Positions 20,988 to 29,338 are shown, counted from the stretch's first letter. The stretch is DNA of 64,000 nt from Patescibacteria group bacterium (GCA_041650895.1 JBAZKF010000001.1:359156-423155); one strand, 5' to 3'. Translations and numbers: made by a program. Notes: a model not told the origin generated them from the sequence alone.

Positions 20988-21869
20988 TTAAGAGATTTTG
21001 TTGACTATGCTGCGCAGTTCTTCATTGGAAAAAAACTTAATGGTAATCTGTCCCACCCCGCCATGGCGCCTGATCTCTATCTTGGTGCCCAAGGCCGAAG
21101 CTAAATCTTCCTCCATTTGTTTTGTTTCCGGATCAAATGATACTTTGCGCAAATTCCTCTTGACGACAATGACTTTGGCCGCCTTTTCGGCTTCGCGCAC
21201 GCTCATCTTGTTCTCCAGTATTCGCTGTAAGCCGTCAAACTGCTCATCCTGAGGCAGTCCGGCCAAGGTACGCGCATGCCCTTCAGACAACCGGCCGTCA
21301 ACAATCGCCTCTTTGACTTCCGGTATCAAATTCAGTAAACGCAAACTGTTAGCTACGGAGGAAGTGCTTTTGCCGACTTTTTTGGCCAACTCCGCTCGAC
21401 TAAGATTGAATTCATCCTCTAATTTCTTATAAGCCATGGCCACCTCCAGCGAATTCAAATCCTCGCGCTGCAGATTCTCAATCAAAGCCAACTCCATTTT
21501 TTTCTGTTCGCTTACCTCGCGGATAATCGCCGGAACTGTCCTAAGGCCGGCCAGCTTGCCGGCCTTAAGGCGGCGTTCGCCGGCAATCAACTCATAGTCT
21601 TCGCCGCGCTTAGTAACGATTAACGGCTGAATTATGCCATGTTCCCTAATAGACTCTGCTAATCCTTCCAACGCTTCCGCGTCAAAACTCTGCCGCGGTT
21701 GATGCGGATTAGGCAATATCTTCTCAACCGGCAGTTGATTGATTCTTTCGTGGCTTTCAATCACTTCTTTAATTGTCGGATCGATCAAGCCGATGTTGCT
21801 GTCGGATTTTTTGCCGGCAGGTATAAGTGAACCCAGGCCGCGGCCCAAGCCAGAAGGACGGGTGGACAT
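20988..21869 (-). CDS. parB: Chromosome partitioning protein ParB/Spo0J
   Basis: Contains the ParB box LIAGERRLKA and an HTH. Confidence 0.85.
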   Translation of the reverse strand: MSTRPSGLGRGLGSLIPAGKKSDSNIGLIDPTIKEVIESHERINQLPVEKILPNPHQPRQSFDAEALEGLAESIREHGIIQPLIVTKRGEDYELIAGERRLKAGKLAGLRTVPAIIREVSEQKKMELALIENLQREDLNSLEVAMAYKKLEDEFNLSRAELAKKVGKSTSSVANSLRLLNLIPEVKEAIVDGRLSEGHARTLAGLPQDEQFDGLQRILENKMSVREAEKAAKVIVVKRNLRKVSFDPETKQMEEDLASALGTKIEIRRHGGVGQITIKFFSNEELRSIVNKIS

Positions 21870-21925
21870 AAAATTTAAATTTATATTCTATCTATATCAT
21901 TCCCGCGTAGGCGGGCAAATCGTAA

Positions 21926-22690
21926 TTATTTTTCAGTCAAATACACAAACTCGCGAGCTAAGCGTTCGTAAGCCTTAGCCCCCTTAGATTTAGGGTCGTA
22001 CCCCAAAATAGTCTTGCCATGACTGGGTGCTTCTGATAAACGCACACTGCGAGGGATTACTGTGCGGAATATTTGATTGGGAAAATAATTATACAACTCA
22101 CTTAAAACATCATTAGCCAGCTTGAAACGACTGTCATACATCGTCAGAACCACACCCAAGATATCCAATTCCGGCTTAAGATTTTCGCGGATTAAACCGA
22201 TGGTATCAACTAACTGGCCCAAGCCCTCCAAGGCAAAATATTCGGCTTGCACTGGAATCATCAATTTATCGGCCGCAGTTAGGCCGTTTAAAGTCAAAAG
22301 CCCCAATGATGGCGGACAGTCAATGATAATATAATCATAGTTTTTCTTGACTTCCAATAAATTATCATAAAGCCGGAATTCACGGCGGTCAAGATTGACA
22401 AATTCCACGTTGGCGCCGGCCAAAGAAGTAGTGGAGGGGGCCAGATGATAATTTTCATGGCCGGTTTCTACGGCTACATCAGAAAAAGAGTAGGGACCGG
22501 TTAAAACCTCATACACGCCACGGTCTAAATTCTTGGCTACGCCCAAATGCGAAGTAGCGTTGGACTGAGGATCAAGATCAACCAAAAGCACGCGTTTACC
22601 CAGGCGGCTTAAAAACGCGGCTAAATTAACGGAGGTGGTGGTCTTGCCGACTCCGCCTTTTTGATTAACAACGGAAATTACTTGTCCCAT
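21926..22690 (-). CDS. parA: Chromosome partitioning ATPase ParA/Soj
   Basis: Contains the deviant Walker A motif KGGVGKTT. Confidence 0.9.
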   Translation of the reverse strand: MGQVISVVNQKGGVGKTTTSVNLAAFLSRLGKRVLLVDLDPQSNATSHLGVAKNLDRGVYEVLTGPYSFSDVAVETGHENYHLAPSTTSLAGANVEFVNLDRREFRLYDNLLEVKKNYDYIIIDCPPSLGLLTLNGLTAADKLMIPVQAEYFALEGLGQLVDTIGLIRENLKPELDILGVVLTMYDSRFKLANDVLSELYNYFPNQIFRTVIPRSVRLSEAPSHGKTILGYDPKSKGAKAYERLAREFVYLTEK

Positions 22691-22773
22691 AACGGATTAA
22701 TTATAACACAAAATTACTGAGCGGGCAAAATAAAAAAAATAAAAGCCAGCGTAATGCTGACATTTCATTCCAG

Positions 22774-22845
<72 letters not shown>

Positions 22846-22934
22846 CTAACCAATCACTGATTAATAATTACTAATTACGAATATAATTATTTTAATTCGT
22901 AATTTGAAATCCGTAATTTGTAATTGACATTTGT

Positions 22935-23007
22935 TGCGGGGGGCGGATTCGAACCGCCGACCTCTTGGTTATGAGCCAAGCGAGCTGCCGGACTGCTCTA
23001 CCCCGCG
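22935..23007 (-). tRNA. tRNA with CAU anticodon and a C1·A72 mismatch (initiator-like tRNA-fMet)
   Basis: Reverse complement reads CGCGGGGTAGAGCAGTCCGGCAGCTCGCTTGGCTCATAACCAAGAGGTCGGCGGTTCGAATCCGCCCCCCGCA. The acceptor stem 5' C pairs against 3' A, as in bacterial initiator tRNA. Confidence 0.7.
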
Positions 23008-23052
23008 ATAATATTTTATTTTCCATCTCTCCCTAAATAGATGAGATTGATG

Positions 23053-23134
23053 TGCCCGAGGAGAGACTCGAACTCTCACATATTGCTATACACGATTTTG
23101 AGTCGTGCGCGTCTACCAGTTCCGCCACTCGGGC
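23053..23134 (-). tRNA. tRNA-Leu (CAA), type II with long variable arm
   Basis: Reverse complement reads GCCCGAGTGGCGGAACTGGTAGACGCGCACGACTCAAAATCGTGTATAGCAATATGTGAGAGTTCGAGTCTCTCCTCGGGCA. Confidence 0.8.
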
Positions 23135-23234
23135 AATTTAGACTTTATTTATTTTATACTATTTTTTGAAAATTGTCAAATATTTCAAGGTTTGATATAA
23201 TTAAGTCATTGCAAATCTGCTTATTCCAAGTATA

Positions 23235-23750
23235 TTGTCAACTAAACAGGCAAACCAAAACCATATGTTTATAACCGTACACGCGGCCGCTTCAGCTGTT
23301 ATTGGCAAGGAAATCGCCAACCCCTTTATTGCTTTTGTCATCAGCTTCGTCCTGCATTTTATCTTTGACATCATCCCACATGGCGACAAAGATTATTGTA
23401 CCCGGTTTTTCGGCTTGCAATTCAAGCGCGCCAGCGAGGAAGCAAAATTCAAATCCATGGCCTTATACAGTTTGATTGATACTGTAATCCTGGTTTTTTT
23501 CTTACTCTATTTGTTTAAAAACTTCACTTGGGCCAAGGATGACAGTGTTATCTGGGCGATTATCGGCGGCATTATTCCCGACTTCATTGTGGCACTCTAT
23601 ATGCTGACCAAGTCCCGCTGGCTTAAAGGCTTCTTCGTTTTCCACCATGAAAACCATAGTTTGATCAAACGAGATTTTTCTCTTTACGCCGGCATGATTT
23701 TCCAAGCCGTAATCCTTCTTGGCTTAATCTCATCTCTTTACCTGCTGTAA
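23235..23750 (+). CDS. Small integral membrane protein (hypothetical)
   Basis: 171 aa with four hydrophobic helices; the start may be the internal Met (MFITVH…). Confidence 0.4.
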   Translation: MSTKQANQNHMFITVHAAASAVIGKEIANPFIAFVISFVLHFIFDIIPHGDKDYCTRFFGLQFKRASEEAKFKSMALYSLIDTVILVFFLLYLFKNFTWAKDDSVIWAIIGGIIPDFIVALYMLTKSRWLKGFFVFHHENHSLIKRDFSLYAGMIFQAVILLGLISSLYLL

Positions 23751-24845
23751 CCCCTCCAATAATTCCTTTGTCTGTTGCGCGCATTTATCCCAAGTAAACT
23801 CTCGGGATTTTTGTTTTCCTTTTTCTGCCAACTGCTGTCGAAAATTTTCGACAGTAATTACTTTTTTAATCGCTAAACATATCTCTTCTTCTTTTAAGGG
23901 GTTCACATAGAGCACCGCTTCTCCGCCAATCTCCGGCAAAGAACCGGCGTCGGAAGTTATAACCGGCAAGCCACAAGCCATCGCCTCTGCCACCGGCAAG
24001 CCGAATCCCTCATACAAACTCGGAAAAACAAACACCTCAGCGTGGCTTAATAATTCATGTTTTCTTTCTGGCGTAACATAGCCCAGATACTTTATCGCTT
24101 CTTCCTGCAATTCAGCGTTAGCTTGTCTTAATCCTCTGAATATCTCTTCATTCTTCCAGCCGTTTTTACCGGCCAGAATTAATTTTAAGTCACGCGCCAC
24201 CGGCTCTTCCTGCTTAAGTTTTTTAAACGCCCCGATCAATCGCGTCAGGTTTTTCCGCGGTTCAATAGTACCCAGATACAAAATATATTTCTCTTTGCCT
24301 TTTTGATAAGTCGCTTCTCTGTCGGCCACGCCCTCATAGATCACCTCAATCTTTTCTGGCGCAATGCCAAATAGCTTAATAATATCTCGTTTAGTACTGT
24401 TAGAAACGGCGATAATCTTATCTGCTTGTTTTAAGGATTGCGGTACCAAATAACGCCGATCAAAATTGATCAACCGATCCAGAAATAACTCCGGATAAAG
24501 ATAAACTGCCAAATCATGAATTGTTACCACGGCTTGGCCGCGATAGCCCAAGGGAATAATATTGGCGGGAAACAGGCAGACATCAAGCTTTTGCCGGTTG
24601 ATTAACTTACCAACTATCAACTGGGAATAAAAAAACGGCAAATAACGACGATAACGCGACAACGGAAAACGCTTTATTTCATAATCGCCTGCCACTATTT
24701 CCGGAGGCAGTTTTTCATCTTCATTCAAAAACAAGACATAATGATTATGCTTGTCCTGAATCAATAGATTTTTAACCAACTGCCTGCCGTACTCGCCGAT
24801 TCCCGCCGAGGCAACCAGAGTCCGGCAATCAATCCCGATTCTCAT
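23730..24845 (-). CDS. Glycosyltransferase family 1 (GT4-like)
   Basis: C-terminal motif EGFGLPVAEAMACGLPVITS. Confidence 0.8.
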   Translation of the reverse strand: MRIGIDCRTLVASAGIGEYGRQLVKNLLIQDKHNHYVLFLNEDEKLPPEIVAGDYEIKRFPLSRYRRYLPFFYSQLIVGKLINRQKLDVCLFPANIIPLGYRGQAVVTIHDLAVYLYPELFLDRLINFDRRYLVPQSLKQADKIIAVSNSTKRDIIKLFGIAPEKIEVIYEGVADREATYQKGKEKYILYLGTIEPRKNLTRLIGAFKKLKQEEPVARDLKLILAGKNGWKNEEIFRGLRQANAELQEEAIKYLGYVTPERKHELLSHAEVFVFPSLYEGFGLPVAEAMACGLPVITSDAGSLPEIGGEAVLYVNPLKEEEICLAIKKVITVENFRQQLAEKGKQKSREFTWDKCAQQTKELLEGLQQVKR

Positions 24846-24846
24846 A

Positions 24847-26103
24847 TTATTTGATTAAGCGTCGCAGTTTATCGGCATTTAAGCCCGGCCCGATCAAAGC
24901 TAGATTGACGCGTTTAAAATCAAAAATATCCTTGGCCACCCGTTGCACTTCTTTGGCCGATACTGCAAAAATCTTTTTTAATTTCTGCTCCGGCGTCATT
25001 AACGGCTTATTCATTAATTCCTGATTGACATAAAACTGCGCAATAGACATGGAATCCTCCAAATCCAAAGCGGTCTTTCCGGCAACGAATTCTTTGGCTC
25101 GATTCAATTCCTCAGCAGTCACGCCGCCAGCCAGGATACTTTTAATTTCTAAAATAATCGCCTCTAAAGCCAACTCCAACCGCGCCTTGTCCAAGCCTGC
25201 CTGAATCACTAATAACCCGGTATCCTCATACAGATTCGGCCAGGAACGGATAAAGTAAGCTAGGCCCTTTTGTTCCCGTATGTTAATGAATAAACGCGAA
25301 CTCATATTGCCACCGAGAATAATCGCTAGAAGATTCAAGGCGGGAACGCGTTTATCATGAGTGGACCAAGCAGGAAAACCCAAAGCCAACTGTACTTGTT
25401 CTGTCGCCTTATCCTTGATTTTTATCCTCGGCTTTTGTTGTTTAATTATTGATCGTTTAATGGCTGACTTTTTTCCGCCGGGCAAAGAGAATTTAGCCGA
25501 GATTTCCTTGATCTGCTTATCGCTGAATTTTCCAGCCAAACCGATAACGACATTGGCGCCGTTATAATAATTACGTTTGTAGGCCAAAAGTTTTTTTCTG
25601 TCCAGTCCCCTGACTGTTTTCTTACTGCCGGCAATCAGATGACCCAGCTGCCCGCCGTCAAAGACTAATTCCTCCAACATCTCCTCCACATGCATCAAGG
25701 GATTATCCTCATACATATTGATCTCTTCCACAATCACACCCTTCTCTTTTTCCAACTCAACGGCATCAAATTTAGAATTAATAACCATGTCCGACAGCAT
25801 ATCAATAGCCAGTGGCAAGTGCCGAGCATCGGATTTGATATAATAACCGGTCATATCCTTGCCGGTAAAAGCGTTGTATTCCGCACCAATGCCGTCCAGC
25901 TCCTTGGACAAATCCAAGGTCGTCGGACGCCGATCCGTCCCCTTAAACATCATATGTTCAATAAAATGAGAAACACCTCTAAGCTGTGGCGTTTCCTGGC
26001 GGCTACCCACCTTAAACAGCACCAGCAAGCTGGCAGTCTGAGTATCATGAAGCGGCGCCGTAATCAATCTGATGCCGTTTTTCAGGGTTTGCTTTTTATA
26101 CAT
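24847..26103 (-). CDS. M16-family zinc peptidase (insulinase/pitrilysin-like)
   Basis: HxxEH motif (HFIEHMMFKGT); 418 aa. Confidence 0.8.
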   Translation of the reverse strand: MYKKQTLKNGIRLITAPLHDTQTASLLVLFKVGSRQETPQLRGVSHFIEHMMFKGTDRRPTTLDLSKELDGIGAEYNAFTGKDMTGYYIKSDARHLPLAIDMLSDMVINSKFDAVELEKEKGVIVEEINMYEDNPLMHVEEMLEELVFDGGQLGHLIAGSKKTVRGLDRKKLLAYKRNYYNGANVVIGLAGKFSDKQIKEISAKFSLPGGKKSAIKRSIIKQQKPRIKIKDKATEQVQLALGFPAWSTHDKRVPALNLLAIILGGNMSSRLFINIREQKGLAYFIRSWPNLYEDTGLLVIQAGLDKARLELALEAIILEIKSILAGGVTAEELNRAKEFVAGKTALDLEDSMSIAQFYVNQELMNKPLMTPEQKLKKIFAVSAKEVQRVAKDIFDFKRVNLALIGPGLNADKLRRLIK

Positions 26104-26156
26104 AAACTTATTTTTGCTAAATTTACAAAGTATTTTAATATTTTCGCTATTTTCCT

Positions 26157-26185
26157 ATTGACAAATAATATGGATATGCTATAAT
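26157..26185 (+). promoter_or_regulatory. Strong sigma70 promoter TTGACA-16nt-TATAAT, orphan (points into the 3' end of the convergent NYN gene)
   Basis: Sequence ttgacaaataatatggatatgctataat; there is no plus-strand CDS downstream. Confidence 0.5.
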
Positions 26186-26191
26186 TACGAT

Positions 26192-26252
26192 AGAATCACG
26201 ACGAGAGAGGTTCTCTAAGGGTTTCGTCCCGACGAGAGCCTTTTTCATTTGT
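26192..26252 (+). ncRNA. Candidate small RNA (about 60 nt) driven by the orphan promoter, with nested stem-loops and a 3' T-run
   Basis: acgatagaatcacGACGAgagaggttctctaagggttTCGTCccgacgagagcctttttc: imperfect hairpins followed by TTTTT. Confidence 0.3.
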
Positions 26253-26781
26253 GTTTATTTTTATACTCCAACTTACCCTTCAAAGCATTTAAAAAAATCA
26301 AAATATTATTTGCCGAGGAACTTAAGCGATCCAAAAGACAAGAATAATTATTTTGATTCGGAATTAACACTCTCTTGAGTTTTGAGTTATTAATTAGATA
26401 TTCTACCAAACAATAAAAATCACCATCACCGGAAACAATAATGGCCTTATCATAATTAGAATATTCAATCATGGCGTGCAATACCAATTCGGCATCTACG
26501 TTACCCTTAACTGTGCCATCAGCTAATTCCAGTGTCGGTTTAAATACGCAAATATAGCCATACTCCTGTAATTTTGTATACATCGCTTGATTACCGGGTT
26601 TAAAGCCGATGAATAGGAAGGCCTTTTCAATGCCATATTTATCTTTAAGATAAATCCTGAATCTTCTATAATCAAGCTGCCAGCCGGAATAAATCTTCCG
26701 GTCTTTTTTATAAATGTCTTTTGACAAGCTTTGATATAAATTATTGCTGTCAATAAAAGCGTAGTTTTTTCCTTGTGGCAT
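26245..26781 (-). CDS. NYN-domain (LabA/DUF88, PIN-like) putative RNase, immediately downstream of the DGR RT on the same strand
   Basis: NYN hallmarks YAFIDSNNLY…, KAIIVSGDGDF; 178 aa. Confidence 0.65.
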   Translation of the reverse strand: MPQGKNYAFIDSNNLYQSLSKDIYKKDRKIYSGWQLDYRRFRIYLKDKYGIEKAFLFIGFKPGNQAMYTKLQEYGYICVFKPTLELADGTVKGNVDAELVLHAMIEYSNYDKAIIVSGDGDFYCLVEYLINNSKLKRVLIPNQNNYSCLLDRLSSSANNILIFLNALKGKLEYKNKHK

Positions 26782-26801
26782 ATTATTTTATATAGATAAT
26801 C

Positions 26802-27788
26802 TTAGCAAGTATAAGCCAAATTAGCAATTTTTCGTTGTAATTTATAGCTCTGGCCGTGACTCAATAAACCCAAATATGAATTCATGGTTTCCGGGTTATG
26901 ATTTTTCCTCACTCGCCTGAACATCCTTCTTTTACTCGCCGTCCGAAACACCCGATGATCAAAAAAATTCACCCAACCCAGAAAGTCTAAGCCGGGACTT
27001 AAAGTTTTGATAAATAGCTTATCGGGATGAAGCGTCAGTTTCATTTTATCTCTCAAATAAGCATCAACCGATGGAATTATTTTTTCCAAATAATTTTTAT
27101 CATCAGCCATAATCACGAAGTCATCGGCATAGCGGATATAATATTTTACTTTCAGTTTATGCTTAACAAATTGATCAAATCTGTTCATATAAATATTAAC
27201 CAATAACTGCGAAGTTAAATTCCCCAACGGCAAACCTCCGTTAAAACTGTCAATCGCCTCGTCTAATAAACCCAAAATCTTTTTATCCGGAATATACTCG
27301 GCCAGGATATTTTCCAATATCCCATGATCGATATTGGCAAAAAATTTCCTGATGTCACCCTTTAAAATCCAACAAGTGTGGGTGTTATTCTGGCTGGCTT
27401 TGTAAGCAAATTTCTTGAATCTGGCCAAGGCCTTATGCGTGCCCTTGCCCAGCCGGCAGGAATAAGAATCGACGATGAAAGTCCGGTCAAAAAACGGATA
27501 CAAAATCCGATAAATCGCATGATGAACCAACCTATCACTGACCGACGCCTTATGGATTTGCCGCGACTTGGGATCGCAGATCTTAAAGGCCTGGTAGCCG
27601 CCATGGCGATAAGCGCCGGTTGCCAAATCCCGATGCAATGCGATAAGATTATCCATAAGGCGCAATTGGAATTCCTGCACGTCTTTTCTATTCCTTTTGC
27701 CCCTGACAAACTCCTGCCAAGCCAACAATAAATTATCAAGACAGATAATCTCTTCAAAAGTATGGCTCAACTTGATTTTCCCGTTCAT
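26802..27788 (-). CDS. Diversity-generating retroelement (DGR) reverse transcriptase
   Basis: RT domains with a YADD catalytic box (YIRYADDFVIM) and motif 4 LPLGNLTSQLLVNIYM (the DGR-specific xGxxxSQ, not the QGxxSP of group II/retron RTs). 328 aa, no maturase or endonuclease domain. Adjacent TR/VR pairs are present. Confidence 0.9.
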   Translation of the reverse strand: MNGKIKLSHTFEEIICLDNLLLAWQEFVRGKRNRKDVQEFQLRLMDNLIALHRDLATGAYRHGGYQAFKICDPKSRQIHKASVSDRLVHHAIYRILYPFFDRTFIVDSYSCRLGKGTHKALARFKKFAYKASQNNTHTCWILKGDIRKFFANIDHGILENILAEYIPDKKILGLLDEAIDSFNGGLPLGNLTSQLLVNIYMNRFDQFVKHKLKVKYYIRYADDFVIMADDKNYLEKIIPSVDAYLRDKMKLTLHPDKLFIKTLSPGLDFLGWVNFFDHRVFRTASKRRMFRRVRKNHNPETMNSYLGLLSHGQSYKLQRKIANLAYTC

Positions 27789-27815
27789 AATGATTCCTTT
27801 AATTTACCCCCCCCC

Positions 27816-27825
27816 CAACGGAAAA
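27816..27825. repeat. C10 homopolymeric tract between the divergent RT and avd1 genes
   Basis: cccccccccc in an AT-rich intergenic/5' region; a candidate slipped-strand phase-variation site. Confidence 0.6.
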
Positions 27826-27834
27826 TTTATCCCG

Positions 27835-28140
27835 TTGATTCAAAAAACCAAAACGCTATACATAGTATGGCATGGTTACTACCAATCTCTACCCAAAACC
27901 CATAAATACTCATTGGGTCAAAAAATCGACATCTTCTTTATTGAGGCGATTGAAGCTATGGCTACCGCCAGTTTCCTGCCACCACAAGCCAAACCGCCTC
28001 ATATCTGCCTAGCAATTCAAAAAATTGATTTGATAAAAATCATGCTAATGATTCTATGGGAGATAAAGGCGATTGATAATAATAAGTATTTAAATCTATC
28101 GCAACCACTAGACGAAATCGGCCGGATGCTAGGCGGCTAG
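27835..28140 (+). CDS. Avd-like four-helix-bundle (23S rRNA IVS protein family) accessory protein, copy 1 (start uncertain; no in-frame ATG until 27958)
   Basis: The C-terminus …LWEIKAIDNNKYLNLSQPLDEIGRMLGG matches the Avd/four-helix-bundle family C-terminal helix (…EIGkmLggW). It is paralogous to copy 2 with synonymous third-position differences in this frame. It is on the strand opposite to the RT and TR. Confidence 0.45.
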   Translation: MIQKTKTLYIVWHGYYQSLPKTHKYSLGQKIDIFFIEAIEAMATASFLPPQAKPPHICLAIQKIDLIKIMLMILWEIKAIDNNKYLNLSQPLDEIGRMLGG

Positions 28141-28149
28141 TACAACAAA

Positions 28150-28185
28150 CTGACAAAACAAAACTCCCCGGATAAACTCAGGGAG
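28150..28185 (-). terminator. Hairpin CTCCC-N12-GGGGAG plus T-run immediately 3' of TR1 (minus sense): DGR RNA 3' structure or terminator
   Basis: Minus-sense sequence …cgcaac tctctttatttttCTCCCtgagtttatccGGGGAGttttgtttt. The same element follows TR2. Confidence 0.5.
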
Positions 28186-28199
28186 AAAAATAAAGAGAG

Positions 28200-28320
28200 T
28201 TGCGGAGCGCAGCCGGATTATCGACGTTGAAGTCGTTATCAAGCCAGTTGTAGTTCCAGTTCCATCTGTCGCCATTCCAGTACAGGTAACGCACATACAG
28301 GTTGTCGTCCGAGTTGCGAT
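28200..28320 (-). repeat. DGR template repeat TR1 (cognate to VR1 at 28702-28822)
   Basis: 121-nt match to VR1. All 20 mismatches fall on TR adenines in the minus sense (TR AAC, GAC, TAC, AAT or AGA codons against G, D, C, R or F codons in the VR). Minus-sense TR1 encodes …RNSDDNLYVRYLYWNGDRWNWNYNWLDNDFNVDNPAALRN. Confidence 0.9.
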
Positions 28321-28576
28321 TTTCGCAAAATTCCGCCTAAACCACCATCCGTTGATCCGCCGACTGGCGGAATCTCCAGATTGAATCTTATGCGTGAGCT
28401 AAACTCACATAGAACATTGCGCCAAGTATCTTTACTTTAATTAGGCATTAATATATTACGCTACTACTGACATTGATCAGTAATATTCTGAATAATACTA
28501 ACACCGGCTGAGGTAGCGGATAGCCGTAACCAACCGCGGATTTACCTGTGGCTATTTACATAATAGCAGAATAATT

Positions 28577-28619
28577 TGAAAAAATAAATCCTGCACAAGT
28601 CAGATGACCGATGCAGGAT
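28577..28619 (-). terminator. Intrinsic terminator of target gene 1 (hairpin atcctgca…tgcaggat plus T-run on the minus strand)
   Basis: An 8-bp perfect stem followed by TTATTTTTT in the minus sense. Confidence 0.6.
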
Positions 28620-28697
28620 ATTTTGTACAAAATTTAGGGCTAAGGACTAAAGTTTAAAATTTCAAGAACTGAAAATCAAAATTCTAAGTCCAAAGGA

Positions 28698-29255
28698 CTA
28701 CTTGCGGAGCGCAGCCGGATCACCGACGCCGAAGCCGCCATCAAGCCAGCCGTAGCCCCAGTCCCATCCGCCGCCACCCCAGCACAGGTAACGCACAAAC
28801 AGGCGGTCGTCCGAGTCGCGATAAATAGTCCCCCAAAAGAAAATACATTTGCCTTTCCATTCTTCCGGAATCAACTCGAGATGTGCGAGTAAATAGTCAA
28901 GAACATTAGCGTTCAAGACCAGCTTGCCGGCCAACAACTTACGCAAAGCGTGACCTTTGACGATGTTATTCTTCTGGTCATTGGCCAGATAAAGCTCAAT
29001 CAATGCCGGATTCCACTCCAGTTGACCGCCCTTCTGGTGTTCTTCAACTTTCCAGCCGGACGGAACGAAAGGATGAACGTCGCAGTCAATAATGTACTTG
29101 GTCACGATGATTTCCGCCAAGCCATGCAGCACTTTCTTGAATTCCGCCAAACTCTTAAACTGCTGGAGCTTCGTCATCTCCTCCGGCGTATAACCAGCAG
29201 CTTCAAAAGCATCCATTACCTTGTTGGCTTGGCCTACCGAGTAAAGCGTGGACAT
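28698..29255 (-). CDS. DGR target (variable) protein 1; C-terminal VR at 28702-28822
   Basis: Probable start MSTLYSVGQ… with RBS AGGAGA; the track ORF extends to 29285 via GTG. The C-terminus …FVRYLCWGGGGWDWGYGWLDGGFGVGDPAALRK differs from the TR1-encoded peptide only at Asn/adenine-containing codons. It is paralogous to target 2 (shared core …VLDYL…IPEEWK…FFWGTI…). Confidence 0.85.
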   Translation of the reverse strand: MSTLYSVGQANKVMDAFEAAGYTPEEMTKLQQFKSLAEFKKVLHGLAEIIVTKYIIDCDVHPFVPSGWKVEEHQKGGQLEWNPALIELYLANDQKNNIVKGHALRKLLAGKLVLNANVLDYLLAHLELIPEEWKGKCIFFWGTIYRDSDDRLFVRYLCWGGGGWDWGYGWLDGGFGVGDPAALRK

Positions 29256-29338
29256 AGTCCATCTCCTTTTTGCGGACACGTTCACTTTGGAACCCGTCCA
29301 GTTTGAGGTGCGAATTGGCCTTGCATACAGAGCAATTC

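Noticed and set aside
27697-27834. An N-terminal extension of the avd1 ORF to the ATG at 27697, as drawn by the ORF track.
   Set aside because: This stretch is antisense to the RT N-terminal coding region, which is well-conserved RT motif-0 sequence, so it is unlikely to be translated. The avd1 start is left uncertain (TTG at 27835 or ATG at 27958).
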